The translations under genes were made by a program, and so were the position numbers. The notes under the pieces are model-generated. The model did not search any database and was not told the DNA's origin. It worked only from the letters and a program-made list of their open reading frames with translations. From assembly GCA_003427395.1 (NCBI GenBank), contig BFEA01000023.1, forward strand, positions 765,618 to 825,137: 59,520 bases of DNA, written 5' to 3'. Positions 59,017 through 59,520 of this stretch are shown piece by piece (within the stretch, counting starts at the first letter, position 1; the number at the start of each line of letters is the position of its first letter). The stretch comes from Chara braunii. Taxonomy: Eukaryota > Plantae > Charophyceae.

Positions 59017-59520
59017 CTGGGTCTGGCATCAATCAATATGTCAGGAAGATGCTGACGGCGCCACGTGGCGTTTTCCAGCTATATTCATGTTGATTGTTTC
59101 GTCTCAAGATTTTGTTGCTGCCGGCCTTTTTTTTTTTTTTGGCCTTTCACAATCGTTGATCTTCATAGCGATTGGGGTTTAGCATCATTATCACTCTCTG
59201 TGACTGTTCTTTCCTTCCTTTCTTTTTCTTCCCTCTTTTCCCTTTTTTCCCTTGCCTTTTTTTTTTTTCAATCCAAGCACACACCGCTTACATTCAAGGG
59301 AGTCGCAGTGCGGTTCACCATCGCCCAAGCAAACCGAGTTATTTACGTGTACACTCTCAGAGCATACTCACACTTAACGACTTTTCTGGATCACGGATAT
59401 GTGTGACCGCCGCGCACTATAGCCAGACCTGCATGCACCTGACTGCAATTACGTCCAGAGAGCAATGGAAAAAACCCTACCGTAGTGTACTATAACCGGA
59501 CCTGCATGCACGTGACTGTG

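Overview
Eukaryotic nuclear DNA, repeat-rich and most consistent with a flagellated-sperm streptophyte such as a charophyte alga (Chara-like). That assignment is inferred from a plant-type U6 copy, plant-type nad4 fragments, a tRNA-Asp primer-binding site and a CFAP57 gene. The window has four parts. (1) Two diverged tandem copies of a 7-10 kb mosaic block (1..10484 and 38906..46134), each with two nad4 NUMT fragments, a U6 pseudogene and tRNA-derived repeats. (2) Between them, a 26,978 bp Ty3/gypsy LTR retrotransposon on the minus strand (10768..37745) with very long LTRs (7,587 and 8,222 bp), a tRNA-Asp PBS and a decayed gag-PR-RT-RH-INT. (3) A single-ORF CFAP57/WDR65 ciliary gene (48716..53029, minus). 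(4) Microsatellite-rich DNA with a 1.1 kb solo LTR. The most unusual signal is the retrotransposon's accessory genes: two families of small paralogous proteins I cannot recognise. Five form a stop-start-coupled array between the PBS and gag, the last in frame with gag, and three more lie inside each LTR. There is also an antisense ORF with its own TATA box 3' of pol.
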